The notes under the pieces: generated by a model
Told to the model about the DNA's origin: nothing
Seen by the model: only the letters and a program-made list of their open reading frames with translations
Databases searched by the model: none
Program-made: the position numbers and the translations under genes
Part shown: positions 24,560 to 37,951 of the stretch, one piece after another
Layout: every line of letters starts with the position of its first letter
Position numbering within the stretch: position 1 is the stretch's first letter
Source: Heptranchias perlo
Lineage: Eukaryota
NCBI RefSeq assembly: GCF_035084215.1
Contig: NC_090326.1
Span: forward strand, 27,032,001-27,096,000
Reading direction: 5' to 3'
DNA: 64,000 nucleotides

Positions 24560-24880
24560 GGAAAGACTGAGAGAGACTAGGAGTTCCACAGTTTTGAGGT
24601 GCTGGGAAAGAATGAGTTAAAGCAGCAGGCAGTGTGATCAACCTTGATTTCAAACGCAGTGCAAGGCAGTAAGAAGGAAGAGTGCGGGGGATCACGTATG
24701 AGGAGCTTAACGAGAACAAGACCAGCTTTTCTGTTTAAAAGGAAAGCCGGATGAAGCAGCTGGAGGTGGAAGTTCTGCTCAATTCTGCCCTTCCCTAAGT
24801 GGATAACGTTGGGAGTGGATAGATGGGAGCAGTGTAGTGTACCCAGTGTACTTTTTACAAGGTTGCAGCAGCACATCAGG
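24560..24880 (-). mobile_element. Old LINE C-terminal remnant
   Basis: NSFFPSTSKLWNS resembles the SFFP..LWNSLP ORF2 end of CR1-group LINEs. Confidence 0.4.
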
Positions 24881-26209
24881 CTCCTTTTCCCATTGAAAGT
24901 TTCCAGTGCTCGGTAGCTACAGGAAGGGGGAGATGCCCTTCAGTGTTCCCTTTACAGTCTATCGGTGACAGTGATCTGCTGCATTTATATTCTGGGGTTG
25001 TTCCAGGAGATTGGAACAAGCTAAAGCATGTTCAAAACAGAAGCATTAAAAAGGGAGGTCACGTAGCAGCACATTAACCAATCGCCTCTGGATGACAAGC
25101 TTAAATCACAGAATCTTTTCAAGGATCCTCTCCACCCCGAACCCCATCCCCCCACCAAATAAATAAAGCTCATGTTCTCTTGCGAATATCTTCTGATTAC
25201 CTGCATGTAAACAAGATATCAAACCACTGCTGTATCCAGACTAGCAAGCCAATAACTGCCCCGTAAGAGCCTTGCACTTGCCACTCCTGCAGTTCAATAA
25301 GTATAACTGGCGATGTATGAAGGGCGCCAACAATGTCCAATACAAAAGTCATGGCAAACAGGTTATCCAGCACAGCAACACCATGCCACAAGATCTTCCC
25401 TCCACAACAAGCGTTTATCGTATTTAAATTACAGGGGGAACACTATTGTGTAATTAACCTAATCTGCATACCTAAATTACATCTAATTAACCCAATACAT
25501 TAATATGTAATGGTATAATTATACCCTCCAAATTCTGTTGGATTAACGGTTTCAGTTATAAAGCCAAGGTATTCTAATTAACCTGATTTACATATGGAAA
25601 TTCCATGTAATTAGCACAATCCATTAATGTAATCTCTAATGCCATAATCTGTTATATAACTCCTTTTTTTCTTATGTGACTTACACTTTCACATTCTAAA
25701 AAAAGTTTCCCCTCTGTCTCAATTAGCATATGCAAAATTGAATGTAAATAGCCTTATTTATTAACACTTTCTATTTTAGCAGAACAAATGTGCCCTCCAA
25801 GTTCCATAAAATAGAACATACAGAATTCTAGTCACTGGATTATAAATATATTATTTATTGGACATTGGACATGGGGAATCATGTCCAAGTGTCGTGTTCA
25901 GGTGAAGTAGGGTTAAACAGCAGTAAACAGCAGGGACCAGGTCATGCAGATGTAATTCAATCACCATTTCAAAGTCCTACAATGTGTCCTTATCTTTACA
26001 TAACACTATTATTATTCACAATTAAACAGCAACACTCATGGCAATTTGGGAATCAAAGTATTGTTGGCTGGAGTATAGGCGTTTCTCAATAGCACAGGCT
26101 GAGAAGCTTGGAGATGCTAAACTGAGGCACTACAGCTCCACCACTGGAAATTATAATGGAAAAAGTTGACAGAAGTGTAGCCAAAACAGGTCAACAAGAA
26201 GTAAGATAT

Positions 26210-26520
26210 TATAGACCGGAATTACTCAGATATAGACAGGAATTACTCAGAAATAGACAGGAATTACTCTGATATAAACTGGAATTACTCTGATATAGAC
26301 CGGAATTACTCAGATATAGACTGGAATTACTCAGATATAGACTGGAATTACTCTGATATACACAGGAATTACTCAGATATACACAGGAATTACTCGGATA
26401 TAGACCAGAATTACTCAGATATAGACAGGAATTACTCTGATATAAATTGGAATTACTCAGATATAGACTGGAATTACTCTGATATAGACCGGAATTACTC
26501 AGATATAGACAGGAAATATA
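26210..26520. repeat. 21-bp minisatellite (ATAGACCGGAATTACTCAGAT), about 14 copies
   Basis: Direct tandem repetition. Confidence 0.95.
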
Positions 26521-26722
26521 CAAACGTCCTGGCGGCTTTCTGGCAGGTAAGTAACCGGGACAATTTTAACTGCCCACCTGCCTGGTTTCCGCTGGGCAAG
26601 TATGGTTAAAGTGGTCTCCTCAGTCACGACTCCCTGTATGCAATGCCCCGGAAGATTACCATATAATTAAAGAAATTTGTGCATGAAAATTATATCTGAT
26701 CAGTACAACTGATTTATATATT

Positions 26723-27476
26723 GGGCTCGATTTTACAATGGTGGCAAGTTGGCAGCAGGGGGGTGAAGGTGCGCGTGGCAAACCCGTAAGAACAAAACTT
26801 ACCGTTTCTGATGCGATCGCATGTTGATTGCTGATGATTAACGTCCTCTCCGGGTTTTATACCCGGCAGCCAGTCTGACTGACAGGCTGGCTGCCATCGG
26901 GAGCTGCAACGCGAGGGGTGGGGGGGGAGAAAGAGAGAGAGTGAGACGTCATCCGGTGCTGGAATGGAAGATCTTGGGGCGGGGGGGAGAGAATGGAAGA
27001 TCGGGAGGGGGAGAGGGAACGATCGGGAGGACATCGCGGAGGGTGAAGAAGGTGAGACCGGAGCGGGAGACATCGGACATCAGAGCAGGGTGCAAAGGTA
27101 GGTTCATTTAGAGTTTTCACTTCCATCTACGGTTTTTTATTTAATTTATTTAGTTTATTTGGTTTCACCAGGCGTGAATCAGAAGCAGTGGGAAAGCCGC
27201 CCAGGTAAGTTAAAAATCTTTCTAATCCCTTCGTCTGTCACAGGTAAAGTGCCTTAAGTACCTCAATGAGGTACATTTGGCTCTTTAACTGTCATCCCAT
27301 CGGCTTTAATTGCCGGTGGGACTTCCGATGTTGCGTCGCCCGCGCGCACACAGGTGGGTCCCTGGGAAACTCGGAAGTCGGTGGGTTGGAGCCGGCTTCC
27401 GAACCCGAACGGGATTTCCGCAATTTTCAGAGCCCCGCCCCCAACACACCTACAATTGCCTCCTAAAATCACCCCC
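26723..27476. mobile_element. Non-autonomous PIF/Harbinger-type element, about 750 bp
   Basis: Ends GGGCTCGATTTTA...TAAAATCACCCCC, 3-bp TSD ATT, GATCGGGG-rich core; homologous in opposite-end arrangement to 43625-44500. Confidence 0.8.
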
Positions 27477-28216
27477 ATTGTCTCTGTTAGTACATTATGA
27501 GCACAATCAATCCTCCCAGACCTGGAATGACACAATACAAACTTACTGCAGCAGTGTGCTGAGAAGGACACAGCAAAAGGAAGCAGAAGCTCAGAGTTCT
27601 GGCAATGGGCAGTCACAATGCGTAATGAGAATCAGAAAGAGATCGGGCAAAGAGTGCGCCTATTGATTCCGTGATAAGCACTGGGAAGAGTTAGAAAAAT
27701 AGCACAAAGTCAGTAACCTTGCTTGCAGTATTATAAGAGCCAGTGATGACTGCTAGATCCAATTTTCAGATCTCACAACAGATGCCTGCAGTATTCCTTT
27801 AAGGTTTGGCACAGAGGTATCCGTCCTGGCGAAACAGACACCGCTGCCCCTCTCTTACTTTCCTATTGTGGGCAGTTAAACAAACTAGAGATGCCTAGTT
27901 CATTGCAAAAACCAGGATAGACCTGTCCTGTCTGCTGCTGCATTTGGTTAACCTGAAATGGCAGGAAAAGTGGCAAATTCCCACAAAAAACAAAACGGGA
28001 TCTGAATGGGGTCAAATGTCTGATTGTGGCCTCTGTGTGCGTGGTGGGTTAGTGTAGTAACTGTGTTTTTTTCTAAATAAGCTTTTATTTTACACCGTTT
28101 TCTCTGTCGATCTTTTTCTTGTAATTTATCCTTCAAAATTTTGTCTACCCAGCATCGACAACTCTGTTGCCAAAAGGGGTGGCGCACGGCCTGCTTCAGG
28201 AATACTGCTAGTGCTA

Positions 28217-30722
28217 CATAAGAACATAAGAAATAGGAGCAGGAGTAGGCCAATCGGCCCCTCGAGCCTGCTCCGCCATGCAATAAGATCATGGTTGATC
28301 TGATCCTAACCTCAAATCTAAATTCATGTCCAATTTCCTGCCCGCTCCCCGTAACCCCTAATTCCCTTTACTTCTAGGAAACTGTCTATTACTGTTTTAA
28401 ATTTATTCAATGATGTAGCTTCCACAGCTTCCTGGGGCAGCAAATTCCACAGACCTTCTGAGTGAAGAAGTTTCTCCTCATCTCAGTTTTGAAAGAGCAG
28501 CCCCTTATTCTAAGATTATGCCCCCTAGTTCGAGTTTCACCCATCCTTGGGAACATCCTTACCGCATCCACCCGATCAAGCCCCTTCACAATCTTATATG
28601 TTTCAATAAGATCGCCTCTCATTCTTCTGATCTCCAATGAGTAGAGTCCCAATCTACTCAACCTCTCCTCATATGTCCACCCCCTCATCCCCGGGATTAA
28701 CCGAGTGAACCTTCTTTGTACTGCCTCGAGAGCAAGTATGTCTTTTCTTAAGTATGGACACCAAAACTGTATGCAGTATTCCAGGTACGGTCTCACCAAT
28801 ACCTTATATAACTGCAGCAATACCTCCCTGTTTTTATATTCTATCCCCCTACCAATAAAAGCCAACATTCCGTTGGCCTTCTTGATCACCTGCTGCACCT
28901 GCGTACTAACTTTTTGATTTTCTTGCGCTAGGACCCCCAGATCCCTTTGTACTGCAGTACTTTCCAGTTTCTCACCATTAAGATAATAACTTGCTCTCTG
29001 ATTTTTCCTGCCAAAGTGCATAACCTCACATTTTCCAATATTGTATTGCATCTGCCAAATCTCCGCCCACTCACCCAGCCTGTCTATATCCCTCTGTAGG
29101 TTTTTTATGTCCTCCTCACTCTCTACTTTCCCTCCCATCTTTGTATCATCCGCAAACTTTGATATGTTACACTCGGTCCCCTCCTCCAAATCGTTAATAT
29201 AGATTGTAAAGAGTTGGGGACCCAGCACCGACCCCTGCGGAACACCACTGGCTACTGGTTGCCAGTCCGAGAATGAACCATTTATCCCAACTCTCTGCTT
29301 CCTGTTAGATAACCAATCCTCCACCCATGCCAGAATATTACCCCCAATCCAGTGATTCTTTATCTTGAGCAATAATCTTTTATGTGGCACCTTGTCGAAT
29401 GCCTTCTGGAAGTCTAAATACACTACGTCCACTGGTTCCCCTTTATCCACGCTGTACGTTATGTCCTGAAAGAACTCAAGCAAATTTGTCAGACATGACT
29501 TCCCCTTCGTAAAGCCATGCTGACTTTGTCCTATTAAATTATGTTTATCCAAATGTTCCGCTACTGTCTCCTTAATAATAGACTCCAAAATTTTACCCAC
29601 CACAGATGTTAGGCTAACTGGCCTATAATTTCCAGCCTTCTGCCTACTACCCTTTTTAAATAAGGGTGTTACATTAGCAGTTTTCCAATCTGCCGGGACC
29701 TTTGCCGAGTTCAGAGAATTTTAGAAAATTATTACCAAAGCATCCACAATCCCTACTGCCACTTCCCTCAAGACCCTAGGATGTAAGCCATCAGGTCCAG
29801 GGGATTTATCCGCCTTGAGTCCCATTAATTTACTGAGTACCAATTCCTTAGTGATTTTAATCGTATTTAGCTCCTCCCGCCCCCCCCCCCCAGAGCCCCC
29901 TGTTTGTCCAGTGTTGGGATATTCTTAGTGTCCTCTACCGTAAAGACTGAAACAAAATATTTGTTCAGCATTTTTGCCATCTCCATGTTTCCCACCATTA
30001 ATTTCCTGGTCTCATCCTCTAAGGGACCTACGTTTGCCTTAGCCACCCTTTTTCTTTTTATATAACTGAAGAAACTCTTGCTATCTGTTTTTATATTTTT
30101 TGCTAATTTATTTTCATAATCTATCTTCCCTTTCTTAATCAATCCTTTAGTTACTTTTTCCTGTCTTTTGAAGACTTCCCAATCTTCTATCCTCCCACTA
30201 AGTTTGGCTACCTTATATGTCCTTGTTTTTAGTCGGATACTATCCTTAATTTCTTTACTTAGCCACGGATTGCTGTCATTTCTTTTACACCCTTTTTTCC
30301 TCAGTGGAATATATATTTTTTGAAAGTTGTAAAATAACTCCTTGAATGAACACCACTGCTCATGTACCGTCTTACCCTTTAATCTATTTTCCCAGTCCAC
30401 TTTAATCAATTCCGCTCTCATACCATCATAGTCTCCTTTATTCAAGCTCAGTACGCTTGTTTGAGAACCAGCCTTCTCACCCTCTAATTGGATATGGAAT
30501 GTAACCATGTTATGGTCACTCATTCCAAGGGGATCCTTAACTAGGACATTATTAATTAATCCTGGCTCATTACACAGGACCAGGTCCAAGGTTGCTTGCC
30601 CCCTTGTAGGATCAGTTACATACTGCTCAAGAAATCCATCCCTAATACACTCAATAAACTCTTCCTCAAGGCTGCCCTGCCCAATTTGATTTGTCCAGTT
30701 AATATGATAGTTAAAATCCCCC
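28217..30722 (-). mobile_element. 5'-truncated CR1 LINE ORF2 (end of endonuclease, RT, C-terminus), disrupted
   Basis: ORFs 29867-30589 (DLVLCN, SDH) and 28407-29603 ([25 protein letters not shown]); (TTCTTATG)n tail. Confidence 0.97.
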
Positions 30723-31010
30723 TGTGATCAGCTTCCAGGAAGCACCTAGACCTGGAGTCCATCCTCACATTCTCCTTCCCTCCCCCCTCACAGGTAGTAG
30801 ACAACACAGCTTCAGCTCTGCAAACCTATCTGGCAGATTGGGAACGGAGCATAACCCTCCTGTACCACCCATGATATGCCAACTGGCACCTGGTCACCCC
30901 GTTGCACACAGCACCCGATGCCTGTACTTACGCAGCGTCCATGAGCAGAAACAGCTGCCCTGCTCAGAGCCAGCAGGTGAAGGAGAGCAGCTTCACTCAA
31001 TCCGGACGAT

Positions 31011-31369
31011 GCTGGCATGTTAAAATATCATCTGAGATATAATTTCATGTCCTCTCCAAAGAGGACATGAAAAGATTGCATCTGCAGTCACACTACTGTG
31101 GAATTCACTTACAAAAGGAAAATAAGAGCAAAATAGTCCACGCGAAAAGGCATTATTCTCCCAAATTTGGCACCAATAGGTTATCCAGACTGGGATGACA
31201 CAATGCCATGAGACCATAACATCATATGACCTGCTTTGGCCTGCGGAAGACTGAATGTTCTTGATTAGCTCTTGGATCCCCATCAACCTCCTTCCTTCAC
31301 TGCTAATTGTCAGGTTGGTCATGTCTGAATGCAGGCTGGCATGTTAAAATATCATCTGAGATATAATTT
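31011..31369. repeat. Perfect 35-bp direct repeat flanking a 289-bp insert
   Basis: GCTGGCATGTTAAAATATCATCTGAGATATAATTT at 31011-31045 and 31335-31369. Confidence 0.9.
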
Positions 31370-32634
31370 TGTTTTATCATATTCAATCATATTATATACA
31401 ATACCAGCCTCAATTATATTTTCTGTATCAATGGACTCAAATTGTCTTCATCCACGAAGACTGTATTTGTGTTGATAGAATACGTGAATGATATTGGAGA
31501 CTGCAGTGGAAAGACCACCATCTTTGATTTAATTATACAGTTTCTTTTCAAAAGACTAACGTGGTTATCCCTTAAAGGGATTGACCTAATTGACTTTTTT
31601 TTGATAGTCTGGATCGTGGATTAATGGGAAGCTTGATCTTTCATATTGATGGCACAAGAGGTCTTTAATCTCCTAGATGACCCAATTTTAATCAATCTCG
31701 CCTCTTGCTACACACAGCAGCTTAGCTGCTGATGATCGAAGAGACCCGTCTGTTTCAGAGCAAGCAGGAACCCTCCCTCCAAATCATTCCCAGACGAAGA
31801 GTTGAGGATCATTGATCTCAGCGAGGATTTTAATTGCAGTTTGTTTGGAGAAACGAGGCAAATTTAGAAAAGAAATGGGCCCCGAATCTCCAACGGTGAA
31901 GAATCGGTGTAAAGGGCTGAAAATAGTCATGTCTCTGGGGATCGCCTGAAAAATTTAGGGCAAGAAATCAGGAAAAATCCCATGGAAATTCCAGGCCATG
32001 ACCTATTAGGGGCCCCGCTCTTGAGGGGCAGGAGATCGTGGGCTGGGAGTGCACAATTTTTCAACATGCCCTCTCAGCATGCACCAGGAGTCAGCGCATT
32101 GGAATTTTTGCCCCTTGGTAACGGAAGCTGTGCAATCTGGAATTTTCCACTGATGTACTTATTCACAATTGCTCACAACAATTTTCGGTTATCAATGACA
32201 CCAGGTCGGGATAAAGCCTTAAAATCTAAGTTATAGACTAGGCAGGGGTGTGGGGGAAAATTAGGTTTAGTAGGGAATGTACAGATCGAAAACTCAAATG
32301 AAACAGCATAACCTAGTTTAATAAATTACAGGGGTAATGACATGATGGGTCAAAGGGCCTACTTTGCTTGAACTCTGAGCTGCCATTTACATAATGAAAG
32401 CAGACGCAGTTCACAAGTTTGACAGTTGCAGTTAGCTTCAGCTAGCCTCCCATCATTAGGCAGCAGGGATTGACCCAGTTTGGTCAGGCCCCTTGTGATG
32501 CAAATCTACAGATGACAAACTTTTGGCCTATAGAAAGCCTCAGGTACATACAGCTCTTCTATAGAAATTGTCTCCATCTGTTAGTCTGAAGCACTGATGA
32601 CTTGTTGGTTGTCAGGGAGGCTCACTATGCATGT

Positions 32635-32738
32635 GGGGGAAGATTTCAACCATTCGCTATTCAGTGCAAAATCATAAAGGTGATTTTTACATGTTTATGG
32701 TTTCAATATCAATAGCGAACAGTGAAAATCTTCTCCCA
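32635..32738. mobile_element. Tiny palindromic MITE
   Basis: GGGGGAAGATTTCA.CCATTCGCTATT...AATAGCGAACAGTGAAAATCTTCTCCC. Confidence 0.6.
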
Positions 32739-32744
32739 TGATCA

Positions 32745-33135
32745 ACACTTGAGCACAAAATAAAGGCTGACACTTCAGTGCAGTACTGATGTAGTGCTGC
32801 ACTGTTGGAGGTGCCGTCTTTCTGATGAGACGTTAAACTGAGGACCCGTTTGCCCTCTCAGGTGGACATAAAAGATTCCATGGCACTATTTTGAAGAAAA
32901 GCAGGGGAGGTCTCCCCAATGTCCCGGCCAATATTTATCCCTCAATCAACATCACTAAAACAGATTATCGAGTCATTATCACATTACTGTTTGTGGGATC
33001 TTGCTGTGTGCAAATTGACCGCCATGTTTCCTTCATTACAACACTGACTATACTTCAAAACTACTTCACTGGTTGCAAAGCGCTTTGGGACATCCTGAGG
33101 TCATGAAACGCACTGTATAAATGAAAGTCTTTCTC
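32745..33135 (+). mobile_element. DeuSINE, 5'-truncated
   Basis: Deu core and L2-type tail. Confidence 0.88.
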
Positions 33136-33159
33136 TCTTTTCTTCATAACCAGTCCTTT

Positions 33160-33465
33160 AGAATCATCGAATCATACCGCACAGAAGGAGGCCATTTGGC
33201 CTATCGTGCCTGTGCCGGCTCTTTGGAAGATCTATCCAATTAGCCCCGCTCCCCTGCTTGTTCCCCTTAGCACTACAAATTTTCCCTTTTTGAGTATTTA
33301 TCCAATTCCCTTTTGAAAGTTACTACTGAATCTGCTTCCATCACCCTTTCAAGCAATGAGTTTCAGATCATAACAACTCGCTGCCTAAAAATACTTCACC
33401 TTATCGCCCCCCCCCACCAAGTTTTTTTGCTAATTACCCTAAATCTGTGTTCTCTGGTTACAGGA
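33160..33465 (-). mobile_element. CR1 3' end
   Basis: Similar to 2303-2560 and 21473-21780. Confidence 0.85.
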
Positions 33466-34095
33466 CCGTTCCATATTGGCCACATCCACAGAAGTCCACG
33501 TTTGAATTTAGATTGATTTTCTATAATCTGACTGTTTGAGAAATGGGTAAAATATCAATAAAAGGAATTGCTGCAGTCATCTAACGGGACAGCATCACCA
33601 TGGGAACATGGCTGTGCACCATAGATAGGGCAAGGTGGAGCAGTACGACATCCTGGATTTCTACACGTACCACACGCAATGCTACTTTGCATAAAAAACT
33701 CTGGAGCCAGGGCCTACACCAAATCGAGCAACAGTAAATCACGTGCCGTAACCATGGTTACACACAGAATGGTGCACTGATGTGAACCGTCATGCAAACA
33801 GTCATCAGAAAGACCAGTGACACCACTGCATGCCAATCAATACTACTAAGTTCATTAGTCACTATTACTTTTAATGAAAAAAGGCAAACGCCCTATTTTA
33901 AAGGTTTGTGCTGCAGCAGGTTTAGCTCTGCCAATGGTGCTCAACATGGCAGCTGTACAGTAGTGGTGGGTGATTCCACTGACTGACCCTTCCCTATAAA
34001 TATTAATAAAAGAGTATCTCAATTTTACAGGCAATAGTAAAATCTTATTATGTGTGAACACTAGTCCAAATAAAAGGCACATAAAACCTTGAGAG

Positions 34096-34683
34096 TGGGG
34101 GAGGGATTCTCACTGGCTCCTCCAGGCAGGAATGGGGTGGTAGTGCCCAAAAAATCACGGGGCAAAACTTACTGCCTGGTTCCGATCCAGCCAATGCCAT
34201 CCTGAAAGGGGCCTACCACTGGGTGTCCAGAGAGCCTGCCTATTTCAGGCAGTTGGCCCCTTTACAATATGCACGTCAGGGCCCTGTGACACACAAGGCT
34301 GCCATTTGGGAAACACTGGGCAGAGCTGGCGATACAGCCGATAAAAACCTGGAGTGGTGAGCTTAAATGTATTTTTGCGGGGCTCGCAGGAGCAGATGTG
34401 CCCCTGTGGCCATCACAAGAATAACTTGGGCTGCCATTACCCCGTCCCGCCCTGGACCTACCTTGCTGCCTGCTCGGCCGGCCGGCCTCCACGCCACCCG
34501 ATATTGTGCTGGCTCAGACTCAGCAAGTTGCAGCAGGACGCCTGAAGCCCGTCGGTGTCATAGTAACGAGGCCTAGCCTTCAAAATGACCCGGGTTTCCC
34601 ACCGGCACCATCGGGCGGGATGGAAAATGAGCCATCAATCCACTAACACCAAGTTTTGAACCCGAAAGTTAAAATCTACCCCA
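34096..34683. mobile_element. Diverged non-autonomous Harbinger-type element
   Basis: GC-rich island ending GTTAAAATCTACCCC and starting GGGGGAGGGATTCTC. Confidence 0.5.
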
Positions 34684-36374
34684 ATAGGTTTTCAAAATGT
34701 CTTAATATGTGAAAGTTATGCTGCAATGCTCGCTTAGTCCTTGCATCAGTTAGCTCTAAGGAGTTGTGGCATTTTCACATTATGGATTTATCTGATAGAG
34801 AAGTTTGAAACTAAACAGTCTGGGTACGTGCTGCTGCTATTTTTATTTGTTTAACAGAAGCCTTAGAATTTGAACTCTTCAGATTCTGGACCCTTGGGAA
34901 CTGCATCAAAACCCAAAGTTTAGATTCACCTCAATGCTCATCCCTAATGAGCTGCTCTTTTTTCAGACTGCTCAGTGAGTGTTTTGGGATAAATTTTAGT
35001 TTCCTGAAATTGGCTCTTTGTAAGACGTTAAATGAGTATCATGGACTTGGCCTAGTCAAAGAAGGAGGCAACTTTTTTTTTTAAATGGTCCTTTGATTAC
35101 CTTGCTGAATCTCTATTTAAGTTGTACATGCAATATGAGAACATCATTAAAGGATGAAATTCTACACATTTACTTAAAGGATGCTTTAATTAAATTGAAG
35201 CTAACATCTATAGTGTTTAGTTGCCAGTAAACCTGGCCCATGCCTTAAAGCAGGTAGAAATTTTTTTGAAAAGAGAATTGTGCCCATTTAGACAAAAGCA
35301 GAGGAATTTCTTTTGATTAAACCAATAATCAACAAAGTATCGATTTAACTCTTACTATAAAGAAATTACTGCACTCTCGGAGGAGGTACAGATGATTTTA
35401 ATCTCATGCCAAACCAATTGTACTTCTTTCAAAGTCCATGCCTGTCGAGGTTGCCACGCTGCACGACTGGCATGCTCACACATCCCTGGACTATTGCCAG
35501 CTATAAACTATGTTCATGCATATAAAAATGTATTTTAACTCAAGATTGCCTGCCATTTAAATTTGTGACAAGGACAAAACGGCTCCACCAATTCTACCCA
35601 CTTGAGGCACCATTAATGTTTAAAGTCCTGTCTACTTAACACCAAATATGTCAAAAAAAAACCCACAGAGCACTCAGAGAGTTGGTTGGTTAATTCATTC
35701 AATCCAAGACATTTGTAAATGTGGTAACATTTTATTTCAAACCGGAGACTGAATATTTGATGCAAAAATAGCTACCTTAAAAGGGTAGCCTACAAGACAT
35801 GTTCTATATCCAGTTAGATGCACTTGTATATCTATCACCCTTGTTAGCATGATAGTCGTGTTTGGACGCTGCAGGCATTTAAACTGTATTGAACTTGTGT
35901 TAAATGATTCTCTTTTAATGCTTTCATGGAGCTACGTCACAGGAGCTCAGCTAATTGCCAGAGGTCAACTTCGGATTGCATGTGTAAACTCTGAGTTCTG
36001 TGCTCTGGTTTGGTCCCTTTTCTGTACAATTGGACTATTCTCTGGAGATGGTTTCACACTTAGAGACAAACCAGTGGCCGGACTCACATCTGTAACTACC
36101 CGCTTCCACCTGGCGCCTTAGGCGAGACTGCCAACATTGGATAAATCCCAGGTGTGTACGGTTTCCGGTCATTAGCTACAAACCCCGAGGCATTGCCTCA
36201 TGCCGAGAAACATCAACGCAGTTGAAAGCGCCAAGCTGCACCTGTCACACAAGTTGGAGGGGAGGTTCGTCTGTGCCTCAAGTCAAGTTCACTCTCCTGT
36301 CACTGCTGATGTGGCTGCCCAAGGCCACTATTTTCTTCAGTTATTGGAGTGACTGAGACACATCTAATAAAAAA

Positions 36375-36820
36375 AAGAAAGAATTTGCATTTGTATAGCG
36401 CCTTACACAACCTCAGGATAACCCAAAGCACTTTACAGCCAATGAAGTATTTCTGAAGTGTAGTCACTGTTGTAATGTAGGAAACGGGCAGCCAATTTGA
36501 TCACAGCAAGGTCCCACAAACAATAATTAAGTAAATGACCTGATCATCTGTTTTTAGGGTTGGTTGAGGGATAAATATTGGCCAGGACACCAGGGAGAAC
36601 TACCCTGCTCTTCTTCAAAATAGTGGGTTCTTCTATATCCCCGAGAGGGCAAACGGGGACTCGGTTGAATGTCTCACCAAAAGCTGGCACCTCCAATAGT
36701 GCAGCATTCCCTCAGTACTGCACTGAAGTGTCAAGCCTGGATTATGCGCTCAAGTCTCTGGCGTGGGAACCCAGAACCTTCTGAGTCAGAGGCAAGAGTG
36801 CTACCAACTGAGCCATGGCT
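36375..36820 (-). mobile_element. DeuSINE, full length
   Basis: Reverse complement of head, Deu core and tail. Confidence 0.88.
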
Positions 36821-36996
36821 GGTACTAATAGTAACTACAAGTGACATCAGCCAATCACTTCTCAAAGATCAAGTCGTAGGGCTGGTCTCACACAGCTAAC
36901 AATGGGCATTGGGTATAGTATAAAACCATTATCAACGCATTCCCCCCCTCCTGTCCTCCTCAAATGCATCCACTCAATTTGCCCATACATGCCCTT

Positions 36997-37951
36997 GGGG
37001 TAAATTTTAACTTCCAGCAAGGTAGGGAGCAGGGGGTAAGATTTCTGGGTGCGAAACCAGGAAGGTAAGTGGGCAGATCGCGATCTGTGATCGCAACCTT
37101 AATGAGGTCCATCAATTTCACTTCTGATTGACAGGCTGTCTGGTTGGCTGTCGGGCAGGAAGGCCTGCAGTAGGCCGCAGCCAGGATCAGAGAGAGGGAG
37201 GGAGGGATCATGGGCCAGAGGAGAGATTGGTGGGATGGGGTGGGGGTCAGGGAAGAAATCTGAGTGGAGGGGGGCCGGGAGAAGATCGGGGTTGAGGCTG
37301 AGGAGAAGATCGGGGGGATGGGGGCGGGGGACCTGGAAGGAGTTTGGGGGGGGGCGAGAAAGAGATTGGGGGGTTGAGGAAAAGATCAGAGTTTTGGGAC
37401 AAGATCGGGGGGGCCTGGAAGAAGATTGGAGGTCGCTGAAGGTCGGATGAAGAGTCGGAAATAGTGGGGGTCCAACATTGGTGGGGGGGGGTCCACCCTC
37501 GGGGATCGGGCCGGGGGTTGGTCGGTCGCTGGAGTCCTGTTGCACCAGGTGATCTTGTTGGGCCTGAATGAAGCACTCCTGCTCCTCCAGGCCCACAAGC
37601 AGTGCAATAAAGGCACTCACGTCATGGATCCAGCCCTTCCTGCCTGCTTTCACCTGACGTGAATGGGAAGCGATGGGAAACCCGAACTGGTAAGGTTAAA
37701 TTCATTTTATTATTCCAATACCTCAAGTATCTCAATGAGGTACATTGCACTTTTAAGTATCAGCCCACTGGCTTTAAGTGGGGGCGAGACTTCCTAGTGT
37801 CTGCACTCAGACCTGCCTGGGTTAAACCCAGAAGCAGGCGTGTTGGAGCCGGGCTGTGGTCCCGCTCTGAAAATGGAGGATTTTTACTCCCCCCACCCCC
37901 CCCCCACCCCCGCCCCTAACCCACCCGTTCTTGGGAGTTAAAATTTACCCC
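36997..37951. mobile_element. Non-autonomous PIF/Harbinger-type element, about 950 bp
   Basis: 15-bp perfect TIR GGGGTAAATTTTAAC/GTTAAAATTTACCCC; GATCGGGG-rich core; CTCAATGAGGTACAT motif shared with 27262 and 44283. Confidence 0.8.

Noticed and set aside
36088-36241. AG/GT-bounded minus-strand segment (a similar case lies at about 48561-48752)
   Set aside because: Stops occur in all three frames; it could be a non-coding exon but the sequence alone gives no support.
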